61,659 nt of DNA, filler included, from 7 parts of 7 records of this genome joined end to end with filler, not necessarily neighbours in it; one strand, 5' to 3'; shown: positions 10,530-22,799, numbered from the whole stretch's first letter. The notes: generated from the sequence alone by a model not told the origin. Made by a program: numbers and translations.

Positions 10530-10582
10530 GATTTATCATAGTGTTTTGAAACACCCAAAATTTTTATAATAATCGTAAATAA

Positions 10583-11713
10583 CTAAAGGTTTTTTGACCA
10601 AACAACTCTGTTAACGTAATCGGTATACGAAAGGATTATACGCAACACTTTTTCAGAAACGTTAGGCATGCTATAATCCGAAACCAACCTTAGAGTATCC
10701 ATAGTTTGAGTTTCTAAAATTTCAAGCCCTTGCATAATTCGCATTGCAGTAAGGCCAGTCATAATAACGCTAGCTTCTTCCATAGCCTCCGGACGCTCAT
10801 GTGCTTGTCTTATATTTAGAGCTTTAAAGCCTAAAATCGAACTTTCTTCGCTAATGGTACCGCTATCACTAAGTACAGCTTTTGCTTTTGTTTGAAGCTT
10901 TACATAATCATTAAAACCAAGTGGCTTTAGCGCCTGAACCAATGGATCAAATGTAATGCCTTTTTCTTTAATCATATTTCTTGTTCTTGGATGCGTACTT
11001 ATTATTATTGGTAATTTATATTTTTTTGCAATTTGGTTTATGCTGTCTACTAAATTCATAAAATTCTTTTCACTGCTTATATTTTCTTCTCTATGAGCAG
11101 AAACAACAAAATACTTATTGTCTTGCAAATCAAATCTGCTTAAAACGTCGCTAGATTCAATATCATTTCTCCTGCTGTTTATAACCTCAAACATAGGGCT
11201 TCCAGTCTTAATAACTCTATCAGCAGGCAAACCTTCACGTAGCAAGTATTCTCTTGCAATATCGCTGTATGTAAGGTTGATATCAGCTGTATGGTCAACT
11301 ATCTTACGGTTTGTTTCTTCTGGTACGCGTTGGTCAAAGCAACGGTTTCCAGCTTCCATATGAAAAATGGGTATATGCTTTCTTTTAGCAGCAATAGCAC
11401 AAAGACAGCTGTTTGTATCACCCAAAACCAAAAAAGCATCGGGTTTTTCTTTGTCTAAAACCTCATCGATTTTTATTAAGATATTGCCAATAGTCTGAAT
11501 GGCATTACCTACAGCAGAATTTAAAAAATAATCTGGTTTCTTTAATTTAAAATCGCAAAAAAACACTTCGTTTAATTCGTAATCATAATTTTGACCTGTA
11601 TGAACTAAAATATGATCAACCGCTTCAGATTCCTCTAATTTATTAAGTACAGCTGATAATCGGATAATTTCGGGTCTCGTACCAACAACCGACATCACTT
11701 TTAATTTTTTCAA
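10583..11713 (-). CDS. capG: UDP-N-acetylglucosamine 2-epimerase family, CapG/FnlC-like
   Basis: GTRPE, HTGQNYD, GDTNS, HMEAGNR, SDSG, ERPE; clustered with capE/F. Confidence 0.85.
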   Translation of the reverse strand: MKKLKVMSVVGTRPEIIRLSAVLNKLEESEAVDHILVHTGQNYDYELNEVFFCDFKLKKPDYFLNSAVGNAIQTIGNILIKIDEVLDKEKPDAFLVLGDTNSCLCAIAAKRKHIPIFHMEAGNRCFDQRVPEETNRKIVDHTADINLTYSDIAREYLLREGLPADRVIKTGSPMFEVINSRRNDIESSDVLSRFDLQDNKYFVVSAHREENISSEKNFMNLVDSINQIAKKYKLPIIISTHPRTRNMIKEKGITFDPLVQALKPLGFNDYVKLQTKAKAVLSDSGTISEESSILGFKALNIRQAHERPEAMEEASVIMTGLTAMRIMQGLEILETQTMDTLRLVSDYSMPNVSEKVLRIILSYTDYVNRVVWSKNL

Positions 11714-11716
11714 TAT

Positions 11717-12826
11717 CTAAACCTCCATATAGTGTGTATCTGGGTTTTGCGGATCAAAGCATTCGTTTGCCCACATAATTGTAACCATATCGCAATCGCC
11801 TGTATTTTCAATATTATGCGTGTATCCGCACGGAATATCAACAACCTGAAGCTTATCGCCACTAACAAAATATTCTATTATTTCACTGCCAAAAACATCT
11901 CTAAATCTAATAATGCCACTACCGCTTACAACTAAAAACTTTTCGTTTTTTGTATGATGCCAATGATTGCCCTTTGTTATTCCCGGTTTTGAAATATTTA
12001 CGGAAACCTGACCTCTTTCTGCTGTTCTAAATACTTCAGTAAAAGAACCTCTGTTATCAATATTTGGTTTCAAATCATAAGAAAATTCGTCGGTTGGTAA
12101 AAAGCTAAGATAGGTGCTGTAAAGCTTTTTAGTAAGCTCGTCTTGCATATTTGCAATACTTAAATCTGTTCTTGACTTTTTAAACGATAAAAGTGTATCA
12201 GCAAGCTTACCTAATGTGATTTTATAAGTTTTGGAAACTACAGCATAATCACCGTTTTTATTGGCTTTACCCCTTAAAGCAAGTACAAGCTCTTTTACAA
12301 CGTCATCTATGTAACAAAGCGTTATCTCGTGGTCTTCGTTATTAATTTGTATCTCTAAATCTCTTGCTATATTATAGCAAAAGGTGGCAACAACAGTATT
12401 GTAGTTTGGTCTGCTCCATTTTCCAAAAAGATTAGGGAATCTATATACATAAACATCCACATCATTTTTTTTGCTATAATCAAACATCAAATCTTCGCCG
12501 GCTTTTTTGCTTTTTCCATATGCATTATCTAGTGCAGCTTGGATTGAAGATGTTATAAGCACGGGCGCTTTGTTATGATGCTTTTCAAGATGACCTAATA
12601 GAGTAGAAGTGAAACCAAAGTTTCCTTCCATAAATTCTTTTTCATCTTTTGGTCTGTTTACACCAGCAAGATGAAAAACAAAATCGCATTGCTTTGTAAA
12701 TTGATCCAATAAATCTGATGGGGTATCAATATCAAATGCTAAAATCTCAACATCATCTTGTGTATTAAGTTCAGCAATAAGGTTTCTACCTACAAATCCA
12801 TTAGATCCGGTAACTAAAACTTTCAC
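11717..12826 (-). CDS. capF: Capsular polysaccharide biosynthesis protein CapF/FnlB (SDR plus cupin)
   Basis: TGSNGFVG, HLAGVNRP, YGKSK; cupin KGNHWHHTKNEKF. Confidence 0.9.
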   Translation of the reverse strand: MKVLVTGSNGFVGRNLIAELNTQDDVEILAFDIDTPSDLLDQFTKQCDFVFHLAGVNRPKDEKEFMEGNFGFTSTLLGHLEKHHNKAPVLITSSIQAALDNAYGKSKKAGEDLMFDYSKKNDVDVYVYRFPNLFGKWSRPNYNTVVATFCYNIARDLEIQINNEDHEITLCYIDDVVKELVLALRGKANKNGDYAVVSKTYKITLGKLADTLLSFKKSRTDLSIANMQDELTKKLYSTYLSFLPTDEFSYDLKPNIDNRGSFTEVFRTAERGQVSVNISKPGITKGNHWHHTKNEKFLVVSGSGIIRFRDVFGSEIIEYFVSGDKLQVVDIPCGYTHNIENTGDCDMVTIMWANECFDPQNPDTHYMEV

Positions 12827-13848
12827 TATCTATTCTCCCATTTTTTTATTTCATTTTTAATATATGAAAGCTCCAATAATTTTTCCTTTGTTTGTTCAAC
12901 AGTCAAAAGTTTTGTGTTGTTAGAGTTGAACTCAGAAAGTTTGTTTCTATCAAGAGTTCCGTCAGTAAAGTATTTAGCATAATTAAGTCCACGCTTGTCA
13001 GCAGGAACTCTATAATAATCTCCATGATCAATTGCATTTAAGCACTCTTCATTAGTTAAAAGAGTTTCGAACATTTTTTCTCCATGACGTATTCCAATTA
13101 CTTTTACTTCATTATCAGCGTTAAACAATTGCTTTACAGCCTCCGCTAAAACACCAATTGTACAAGCTGGTGCTTTTTGTACCATAATATCGCCACTTTC
13201 AGCATGTTCAAAAGCAAAGATTACAAGCTCAACAGCTTCTTCTAAACTCATAATGAATCTTGTCATATTTGGATCAGTAATGGTTAACGGTTTGCCACTT
13301 TTTATCTGTTCAATAAATAGAGGAATAACAGACCCTCTTGAGCACATAACATTACCGTATCTTGTTCCGCAAATGAGTGTTTTATCAGCATCAATAACCC
13401 TAGACTTTGCTACAAAAACTTTTTCCATCATAGCTTTTGATGTTCCCATTGCATTAACAGGGTATGCTGCTTTATCGGTAGAAAGACAAATAACTTTTTT
13501 AACGCCGGCCTCAATACAAGCATTTAAAACATGTTCTGTACCAATTACGTTGGTCATAACAGCCTCTATAGGGAAAAACTCGCACGATGGCACTTGTTTT
13601 AATGCAGCAGCCTGAAAAACATAATCTACGCCATACATGGCATTTTTAATGCTAGAAAAATCACGTACATCGCCTATATAATATTTGATTTTCTCGTTAT
13701 TATATTTATGACGCATATCATCTTGCTTCTTTTCATCTCTCGAAAAAATCCTGATTTCTTTAATATCCGTTTCTAAAAACCTATCTAAAACAGCGTTCCC
13801 AAAAGAACCAGTTCCTCCAGTGATTAGAAGTGTCTTATCTTTAAACAT
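12826..13848 (-). CDS. capE: UDP-GlcNAc 4,6-dehydratase/5-epimerase CapE/FnlA
   Basis: TGGTGSFG, AAALKQVPSCE, STDKA, MxxxK, RYGNV, RHGEK. Confidence 0.9.
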   Translation of the reverse strand: MFKDKTLLITGGTGSFGNAVLDRFLETDIKEIRIFSRDEKKQDDMRHKYNNEKIKYYIGDVRDFSSIKNAMYGVDYVFQAAALKQVPSCEFFPIEAVMTNVIGTEHVLNACIEAGVKKVICLSTDKAAYPVNAMGTSKAMMEKVFVAKSRVIDADKTLICGTRYGNVMCSRGSVIPLFIEQIKSGKPLTITDPNMTRFIMSLEEAVELVIFAFEHAESGDIMVQKAPACTIGVLAEAVKQLFNADNEVKVIGIRHGEKMFETLLTNEECLNAIDHGDYYRVPADKRGLNYAKYFTDGTLDRNKLSEFNSNNTKLLTVEQTKEKLLELSYIKNEIKKWENR

Positions 13849-14063
13849 ATTTTCCCTTTCGTTAAATGTGCACTACACACAATTGTTGAAATACTTATCT
13901 AATAAATATTACATAAAAATCATAATAATTGCAAGCTAAAGGTGATACTCTTTATAATAGCAGTTAAATTCGCTTAAAAAATCAAGCAAAAATTAGAGTG
14001 AAAAAACCATAAGTATGTGATAATATTGTTTGGGAAAGAATTTTGTATAAGAGGTAACAATAA

Positions 14064-15362
14064 ATGGTAAAAATTGCACTTACAAATGAATCATTTACTC
14101 CGCAATTTGATGGAGTTGCAGTATGCGTACAAAACTATGCAAAAATTATTAATAGCACGCATGGACAAAGTACAGTTATTGTACCAGAACATGAACAAAG
14201 AAAAGGCATGGAGTTTGATTTTCCTGTTTACGAATACCCATCAACAAAGATAACAGTTGCAGATCAATACAGAGTAGGATTACCTGTATCTCCAACACTT
14301 AGAAAGAAAATCACCGAGTTGGATATAGATATTGTTCATTCGCACTGTCCGTTTGTTTCGGGGATCATAGCACAAAGAGTTGCCGCTATAAATGATGTTC
14401 CTCATATTTCTACGTTTCATTCAAAGTTTAAAGATGATGTAAATCAAAGGTTGAAATATGATTTTGAGCTCCCTGGTGAACTTGTTGCTAAATATGTTGC
14501 TTCATATTATAAAAGATGTGATTATGTTTGGGCAGTAAGTAATGGGACTGCTAATACGCTTAGAGAATATGGTTATAAAGGTGATATTACAGTTATGCCG
14601 AATGGATGTGATATGCCTATAGTTTATTCGAACAAAGAAACAAAGGAAAAAATAGCAGCTGAATATGGGCTGGATTTAAAGTACCCAGTATTGCTGTTTG
14701 TTGGGCGAATAACATTTATAAAAAATATAGATTTGATTATTTCTGCCTTAGGAGCTTTAGGGCGACATGGTAAAAAGTTTAATATGCTGTTTGTAGGATC
14801 TGGCGAAGATATAGATAAATGCAAAGAGATGGTAAGGGAAAACGGAATACAAGATATGGTTAAGTTTGCTGGTAAAGTTTTAGACAGAGAAAAACTTAAA
14901 GATATATATTCAAGCAGTGATCTGTTTGTTTTTCCTTCGGTATATGATAATGCGCCGCTTGTAGTAAGAGAGGCTGCGGCTTGCGGATGTGCTTCGTTGC
15001 TTATAAAAGATAGCAACTCTGCAGAAGGTGTTATTGATGGTCATAATGGATTTTTGGCAAAAGATACGATAGAGGATATTGCGCTTAGTATTAATCAAGC
15101 TATTGAATGCAATAAATTAGATATTGTAGGCGGAAAAGCAAGAGATACAATATATGTTTCTTGGGATGTTGTAGTTGAAAGGGTTGTTGATGAATATAGT
15201 AAGATTATAGCTGATTGGGAATCTAACAAACCCAAAAGAGAAAAATACTTTAATTCTTTTTCTTTTTCGTATATTGATTTATTGAATGATTTTAATTTAA
15301 AAAAGTCATTCAAAAAGTTTAAAATAGATATCAGTAATAAAAATAGTACAAAAAATAAATAA
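14064..15362 (+). CDS. GT4 glycosyltransferase (glycolipid glucosyltransferase-like)
   Basis: ESFTPQFDGV, HSHCPF, FVGR...KN, FPSVYDNAPLVVREA. Confidence 0.85.
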   Translation: MVKIALTNESFTPQFDGVAVCVQNYAKIINSTHGQSTVIVPEHEQRKGMEFDFPVYEYPSTKITVADQYRVGLPVSPTLRKKITELDIDIVHSHCPFVSGIIAQRVAAINDVPHISTFHSKFKDDVNQRLKYDFELPGELVAKYVASYYKRCDYVWAVSNGTANTLREYGYKGDITVMPNGCDMPIVYSNKETKEKIAAEYGLDLKYPVLLFVGRITFIKNIDLIISALGALGRHGKKFNMLFVGSGEDIDKCKEMVRENGIQDMVKFAGKVLDREKLKDIYSSSDLFVFPSVYDNAPLVVREAAACGCASLLIKDSNSAEGVIDGHNGFLAKDTIEDIALSINQAIECNKLDIVGGKARDTIYVSWDVVVERVVDEYSKIIADWESNKPKREKYFNSFSFSYIDLLNDFNLKKSFKKFKIDISNKNSTKNK

Positions 15363-15426
15363 AGATGTATCAAAAATACAAGTTTTATATTCATTATAAA
15401 ATTTATAAGGAATATCATGAAAGCTG

Positions 15427-15499
15427 TTGACTTTTATGAATAGTTATATTATTCTATATATAGTATTTGCGATACAATGCTATACACCATATATACTCA
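15427..15499 (+). promoter_or_regulatory. Promoter with tandem NrdR boxes upstream of the ribonucleotide reductase
   Basis: TTGACT-17 bp-TATTCT; ATTCTATATATAGTAT (15451-15466) and weaker ACACCATATATACTCA (15484-15499) resemble acaCwAtATaTwGtg. Confidence 0.65.
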
Positions 15500-15617
15500 T
15501 GAATTGGGTATATTTTTTTCCTAATAAATAAAGTAATCGATATCTTTTTTAAGGAAAATATAATGTATAGCAGGTTTTAGTTTTAAATTAGTAGAGGGTG
15601 AAAGGGTGTTTTTTAAG

Positions 15618-15847
15618 ATGTATGAGTTCGATAATGTGATATCAAGAAAATTCACAAAAGAGTTGGAAGAGAGCGATAAAACGGTTTATGATTTGTTCGA
15701 ATTTAAAAAATGTGATGTGTTGATGCGAAACTGGAAAACAGGTGAAATACTTGTCGATATGAAAGACTTAGAATTTCCGATTTCGTATAGTCAAAATTCG
15801 TGCAATATTATTGCATCGAAGTATTTTAGAAAAGCTGGGTTAAAAGG
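15618..15847 (+). CDS. nrdJ: 5' fragment of a vitamin B12-dependent (class II) ribonucleotide reductase, cut by the contig end
   Basis: FPISYSQNSCNIIASKYFRKAG matches the class II RNR N-terminal motif; NrdR boxes upstream. Confidence 0.75.
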
Positions 15848-15947
15848 NNNNNNNNNNNNNNNNNNNNNNNNNNNNNNNNNNNNNNNNNNNNTTAATTAAT
15901 TAANNNNNNNNNNNNNNNNNNNNNNNNNNNNNNNNNNNNNNNNNNNN
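15848..15947. other. Artificial contig linker
   Basis: N44-TTAATTAATTAA-N44 (stops in all six frames). Confidence 0.98.
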
Positions 15948-16966
15948 GAGGATTTTTCAGCAGCACTTTCTGCTGTTTGCATATACCATTCGGGATGTGC
16001 TTCTTTATAAGATAACATCCCATCTTTATTCTTATCGCCGGAAAAATTCTCACCAGGCCTATAGGGATCTTTAGGTTTATCCTCATCGCCATCAAAATTC
16101 TGAAAATTATAGGGGTAAGCATCGTCAGGATTCAAAACAGAAGAAAACAAGCCCCTTTCACCACCGTACAATTGAAAACCATGCCGTTTTAACTCCTCGA
16201 AATCCTTTTCCCGACAGTCGGCAAAATTCACCCGATTCCGTCCCATCCATTTGTAAAACTCTAAACGCTTCTCAATAGACTTATCAGGGGCTGAGACATT
16301 CTTTCCACTTTTGGATAACCCGGAATCTACCATCAACCCCCTCACATGCATATCCGCTAAAATATATCGGGAAAAAGGAGGTAAAATGATTTTTTCTAAT
16401 GTCGGTACCACCTCTCCATTTTCACCTGGTGCCATCCAACGAACACCAAACTGTTCCAATAATTCATAGGCAGCATACAATACGCCCACCGGAGACCGGC
16501 CGCTTAAAACCACGATATCCTGAGTTTCATCCGAGTACGTATCAATACGAGCTCCTTCCGGATTCTTTGACTTGACCCGCTTCCATCTTTTTTTCATTTG
16601 TTTGGTAAATAGTTGATATCTCGGATTCTCTTCAGCAGGCCCAACAAATAAAACCGGTCCCCTAACCTCTTGACTATCATCCAGTATCTGTATCTCTTTC
16701 TCATCCCTGTTTGTCAATTGAGCCAGATAGTGCCGCAATTCCAACGCACTATAAGCAAACGTACAAATAGCATCATCTTTGGTTTGCTCATCAAACCAGT
16801 TAACATCATAAAGGGAATTCGCAGCGTCTTCGACCGTTTCAAACGAACCAAGATCTGTGATGATCGTACAAATTTTATCGCCATCAATAATCGGAACTGG
16901 ACGTTTTATTTCAGTACAGCCTGAAAAAACAACAAATACACCAATAATCCACCAAAATCTTGACAT
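15948..16966 (-). CDS. Lipoprotein, DUF4838/glycoside-hydrolase-like, 3' truncated
   Basis: Lipobox FSG-C; GRSPVGVLYAAYELLEQFGVRWMAPG and WMGRNRVN motifs typical of GH67/GH20-type N-domains; HPEWY. Confidence 0.6.
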
Positions 16967-17018
16967 TTACATTTTCCGCCGTATTATCAATACCATCCTG
17001 TTAAATCTTAATACCTGA

Positions 17019-19255
17019 TTAAAAATCAAATTTCAAAGTCTCCAACTCGTGCAGAAACTCTTTCTTTACGACGAGTCCCAGGTCCTGGGCAAGCTGAACA
17101 TGTTCCCATGCCGTATCAATGTCACCAGTAAAATAACTGTTCACTGCCAGAGCGTAATGAGCCTGGGCAAAATTCGCATCCAGTTTCACAGCCTGTCTTA
17201 AATTACGGATAGCCATATCATACTGCTTTTGATCGCCATAAACCACTCCCAGGCCATAATAAGACTTTACGTTTGTTGGATCCAGCGCCAATCCTTTTTC
17301 AAAAAAGGTCACAGCTTCTTCAAAGAAATGTTTTTTTGCATAGATCAATCCCTGACTGGCCATAAACTCAGAGTTCAATGTATCAAGTTGACTTGCTTTT
17401 TTATATTCTTCCAACGCGCGATCCCATGCACCGGTATATTCAAAATTTTTCCCAACAAGATAATGAACATCCGCTTGCTGTTTTTGGGCCTTTTTCTCAT
17501 TGCCTAAAGAATGTAACGCCTGAACCAAATTTTCCCGCCCAACCAGGGATTTTGGATCCATTTCAACAACTTTTTCAAATGATGACAGGGCATCCTGCCA
17601 TTGGTTTTTTCTGGCCAGATAATGACCATATGCTAAACGAACATCAACATCATTTGGATCGATTTTTAACGCATTCCTGAACGCTCTTTCAGCCTCATCG
17701 TGCCTATCTGTTAGCTCATATATTTCAGCCAACTTGGCATATGCCGCTGCATAATTTGGATTTAACCTTAACGCTGTCTTGAACATCTCTTCTGAAATGG
17801 CTAATGAATCCATCCTGAAAAAACCCACACCCTTGTTATAATACGATTTCGCAAAAGCCTGACGTGACAAAAATTGTTGACCCTGCTGCCGATAAAGAAA
17901 TCCCAGTTGTTCAAGGGGATCGATCAGTGATGGTTGAAGTTCGACTGCTCTTTTAAAGGCATCGATCGCGGCATCCGGCCGCCCAAGTCGAAGATGAATT
18001 TTTCCAAAGTTATTATAAATTAGCGCATAATCTGTCTTTAGCTTCAGGACATTAATACAATTGCCAAATAAATCATGTATGCCCTCATCAATATTGCGAC
18101 CGCGTTGAAAATACCGATCCTCAAGATAATCCGGAAACAATTCCAGTGCTTTTTCGACAGCGACAATCGCTTCTGTGGATTTATTTGATGCCAGCAACGC
18201 ATTTCCAAGGTTATTATAAGCAATAGCAAGGCTGGGATCTAATTGTAATACCTTTTGATAGGCTACAAGTCCTTCATCGAGTCGCTCTAAATCAATAAGC
18301 ACATCCCCTTTTTGCAGAAAAAATCTGGCATGCAGGCTATCCCGAGCAATGGCCTTGTTGACATAATATAAAGCAGCATCTAAGGAATCTTGTCTATGTA
18401 ACACAATTGACATATTAAACAGAATGCTTGGTTCTTCCGGATAATCTTTCAGTGCGCTCTCGAGTTGCCAGATGGATTCTTCATAGAATCCCTGATTAAC
18501 CAGGATCAATGCATAATTATTTTTCGCAGGCATCATATCAGGTTTGATCTCAAGCGCTTTCTCATATTGCTCTTTTGCTTCATCAAGCATACAGTTGCGG
18601 GCAAACGCGTTTGCCAAATTAAAATAAGCCTCTGGCTGGGTGGGATCAAGACGAATAGCCGTCTCATACTGTTCGATAGCCTGATCTAACAGATTCTTTC
18701 TATAATAGAGTGCTCCTAAATTGATCCTGTAAGACGCCTCCTCTGGAGATAATTCGATGGCCTTTTTATAAAAATTAATCGCGTCATCCAGTCTTTTCTG
18801 TTCCTCAGAAATCCCGGCTTGTATTATATAGGCATCTACATAGGTCGGATCCTTTTCAATAGCAGTCAACACAGCCTGTTGTGCGAGATTATAATTCTTT
18901 TGCTGCAGATAAGTATTGCCTAAATTCGTATAGGCACGCGCGTAGCCCGGGCGCAGCCGAATAGCGGATTGATAAGCTGTGATAGCAGAATCCAACTCTC
19001 CCATACGCAGAAATGTGACACCCATATTATTATAAGTAACCGGATCATAAGGCGTGAGTTCAAGGGCTTTGTGAAAATGAAACATGGCCACATCGTACTT
19101 GCCACTATCTGAAGCTGCATTTGCCCGTTGAACATGGTAACTGGCAGTACTTTCAAGAATTTTTTGAATGCGTTCCTGTTCTTTTTTCGGTTCCCGGAAC
19201 AGGCTAAAACGCCCACTATAATCAAAAGAGCTGAAATTATGTGACATTTGGACAT
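17019..19255 (-). CDS. Multi-TPR lipoprotein split by a 1-nt frameshift near 19182-19187
   Basis: Many TPR repeats (AYxNLG, ALELxP); signal peptide MSKCHIISALLIIVGVLA-C joins the TPR frame if one A is added to the A6 run. Confidence 0.8.
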
Positions 19256-19422
19256 ACTAGGCTCCAATCCCTGTTAACATGCCAGTAATTCTCAATTTAC
19301 TTTAATTAGAATAATAATTCTTGGGTCATAAAACAAGTGGTTGTTTTTAAAAATTCAAAGTCATGTTATAATAAAAACAGATATCTGGAAAAAATAAATC
19401 CAATTATTGCATCAAATTACAA

Positions 19423-22400
19423 TCAATGATTATCAAGTTTAATTTCAACAAACTGTCCACTCACAGTATAGTCCTGCTCCTTTGTCGCAGGTAACGATGC
19501 TATTGTCTGTATATATTCATCCAATTGTTCTTGTTCATATATTTCACCGGTTTTGTAATCTATTACGCATATTTCTTTATTTTGTTCATCAACCATCACC
19601 CGATCCAGCCGCATTTCTTTTCCCGCAGGATTAAACAGGATATATTCCGTAAAAACTTTTGTCCATTTTTCGGGAGAATAAAACAAAAAATGTTCATGAA
19701 CAAATTTATCCACAATATCAAACAAGCTCTCAAGTTCATCCTGGCGAAACAAGTTGCCGTAATAACTTTTCGTCCTGGAGACTGCCTGTGAGCGTTCTAG
19801 CTCAGATGCATATTTTATAAATGAAAGATAATAATGTACCACATTACCTTTATCAATATCTTTCTTTTTCAAATACAAACTTTTAAAATCAAGAAACTCT
19901 TCCCTTTCAAGACGTTTTTTATCAATGGTCAGCCATTGCGAGCGATCCACATTCATATATTTTCGAATATAAGAATAATCTGCTTTTTTATCTTTTTTTG
20001 CCATGGCCAGTCTTTTGCTGATCAAGCCGACCTGACCCACAGCATGATGCGGATTTATCTCCTCCAGCTTAGATTCGTTATGATAATACTGATATAACGT
20101 CGCAGCAAACAGATGCGCGATGGCTGGATTCTCTTCTGACGAAACAGCTTTAAAAAATTCCTGCAATCCACCTGATTTTTTGTAAGCCAGGTAAAGAAAT
20201 AGATTCGACCTGGCACGCGTCATAGCCACGTAAAAATTATTAACAACCTCTATGCTCTCTTTAATATCTTTTTGTTCGCTCAGGTGTTTATGCTGACTGA
20301 TTGGCAAAATGTTATTATAATTAAAAATCAGGGCGAAATCAGCCAATGTCCCATAATCCGGAGTATACGCCGTGTAAGTATCAAGCGAGCCGTATGAATT
20401 GCCGGACCGTGTCGATAGGTCCCAATATAAAAAGACATTATCAAATTCAAGCCCCTTTGACTTGTGGATACTCATCAGATTAAGGGCATCCACATCTTCC
20501 AGTCCTACCTGCTGAAAGGATTCAAAGCTTTCATTATCGACACAATATTCCAGAAAACCCTTTAGATTTTGAGCATAGTCCCGTTTCATTTGTTCAAATT
20601 CGGCAATAATTTCCAGAAAAAGATTTAAGTTCATGACATCATTTTCAAGCGCAAAGATGTCCAAAACATTAAACTCTTCAAGGACCTCTTTTGTAAAACA
20701 TAACAGATCCTTTTTCCCTGCTGGGATTTCATCCGGTTCGTTTTCTTTTTCTACAAGAAATTCATAAACAAGCTTGCCGATTTTAGCCATAATATCCATA
20801 TCTGACAGGCGTTGGAAAAGAGATAAGGTAAGCTTGTTCCCCTCCGGTAAATCACGATATTCTATTAAAACTCTTTTTAAATCCTTACCATCTATCAATA
20901 CATAATCAGATCGTAAAAATCGCAAAAAGTCATGAATATCCCTGTAAACCAGGAAACGATACAAATACATAATGGGCTTCACAACGCGATGCTGGAGAAC
21001 CGAGTTGGAGGACTCGAGGATATAATTGACTCCATAATCATCCAGCAGGGACGCAATATAATTCAGATCACTATTTTTGCGGGCGAGTATGGCCGTGTCT
21101 TTGAGAGAAATCTTTTTTTCTTTGATACGAGGATAAACAAGTTCCTCAACAAATTCACGCAGGGTATCCTCTTTTTGGGAAATGTTGTTATTATCTTTTT
21201 GTGCATTTGAATAATTTCTAAAACAGGTTAAAGCACACCCATCCATATCCTTTTTAAAAGCCTTGATCGGCCCATAAGTCCAGGAGATACCACCCTCCTC
21301 AAACTTTTTCTGCAGATAATCACTCTCAAATATGGCATTGACAAAATGGATCAAATTCGGATTACTGCGATAGGATGTATCCAGAGTAACCTGATCCGGC
21401 TCACCAAGGATATCCGGCATTCGGATCAATAAATCCCGTTCACCACCTCTCCAGCCATATATGGATTGTTTTTCATCCCCAACAACAATCGCTCCACCAT
21501 ATTCTTTAACACCAAATCCACTGACAATTTCTTTGATGATAGGCAATAGTATTTTAAATTGAATAATACTGGTATCCTGAAACTCGTCGATCAATATAAA
21601 CCGGATGGCACTGGACAAATATTCATAAAAGGCGTTGGAGACAAAATCCTGTTCCAAAAGGGATAATTCCGGATCATACAGGTATTTGAAGGTATAGTAG
21701 GAAATATCGGCATATGTAAAGGTTTTTGTCCTGAATTTTATCTCGTCATATTTTTGAAAAACCAGCTCGGCTATCTGGCGTATCTCTTCTTCCTCCGGCC
21801 GCAACTGTGTGTAAAAGAGATAATCTGCCAGGTTCTCTGCCGCTTTTTGCAAATCAAGCGTCAATTCAACAGCCAGCTCCTTATAGGCATTTTTCTCAGC
21901 ACCTGGTTGCCTTTCCAAAAAGTCTCTGCTTTAAGGAAAAAATCTTTCTTTTCAATGATAAAATCCGTGTTTTCCAATTTAGATTTTATCACATCCCCAA
22001 AATTTGACAATTCTGTAGTTTTATTATCAAAAAACAATTCGAAAGCATTTTTTTTCAATACATCGTTTATTGGTTTTTCGACGTGATCCTCTATCAAATA
22101 ATCCTGAAACCTGGCCAGTATATCATAATAACAGGTACGAAATGTCGTTAAATAACTGTCTATGACTTTTTGGGAAACAAATCGATCCTTTTCCGCCACA
22201 CCTGATTCCTGAATAAAATGAAAAATCCACCGATCATTTAACAAGGACGTGATAAACTTTTCATAGGATTCAATATTTCGACGATTCGATCTATCAAACA
22301 AATCCCGGATCTTTTCAAGATTCTTTTCATTTTCGAGTAAATATTGATAGATTTCTGCCAACAACTCTTTATCTGCTGTATTATTAATCTCAAAAGTCGT

Positions 22401-22799
22401 CAAACCGAGATATGGAGAGATGATGGTTTTGAATATCGAATGAGTAAAGGCATCAATGGTACTGATTTGAACCTGGTTCTTGTTAATCAGCATCTCATGG
22501 TAAACGGCTTTCAAATAGACCAGGTCTTCCTTTGTTAACTGTATTCCAAGGATATCGTGAAGATTATTGACAAGCTCTTTTCCCCCATCTGTTCCGCTGA
22601 CAATGGCATCCAGCTGCGAAAAAATTCGTTCTCTGATCTCCGCGGTTGCTTTTTTTGTAAAAGTAATAACAAGGATCTCACTGAAATGTACATTCATTTG
22701 ACGAAATTTCAGCAACAAGCCAATATATTCCAGTGACAATCGATAGGTTTTTCCTGTACCGGCACTTGCCCGGATCACTTTTTTAACGAGATTATTCAT
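19423..22799 (-). CDS. addA: AddA/RecB-like UvrD helicase with C-terminal PD-(D/E)xK nuclease; frameshift at about 21890
   Basis: ASAGTGKT, TFTKKATAE, DEFQDTS, GDEKQSIYGWRGG, SIHKSKGLEF, YVAMTRA, RLD...IDYKTG...Q..Y; the two ORFs join by adding one A in the A5 run. Confidence 0.8.
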
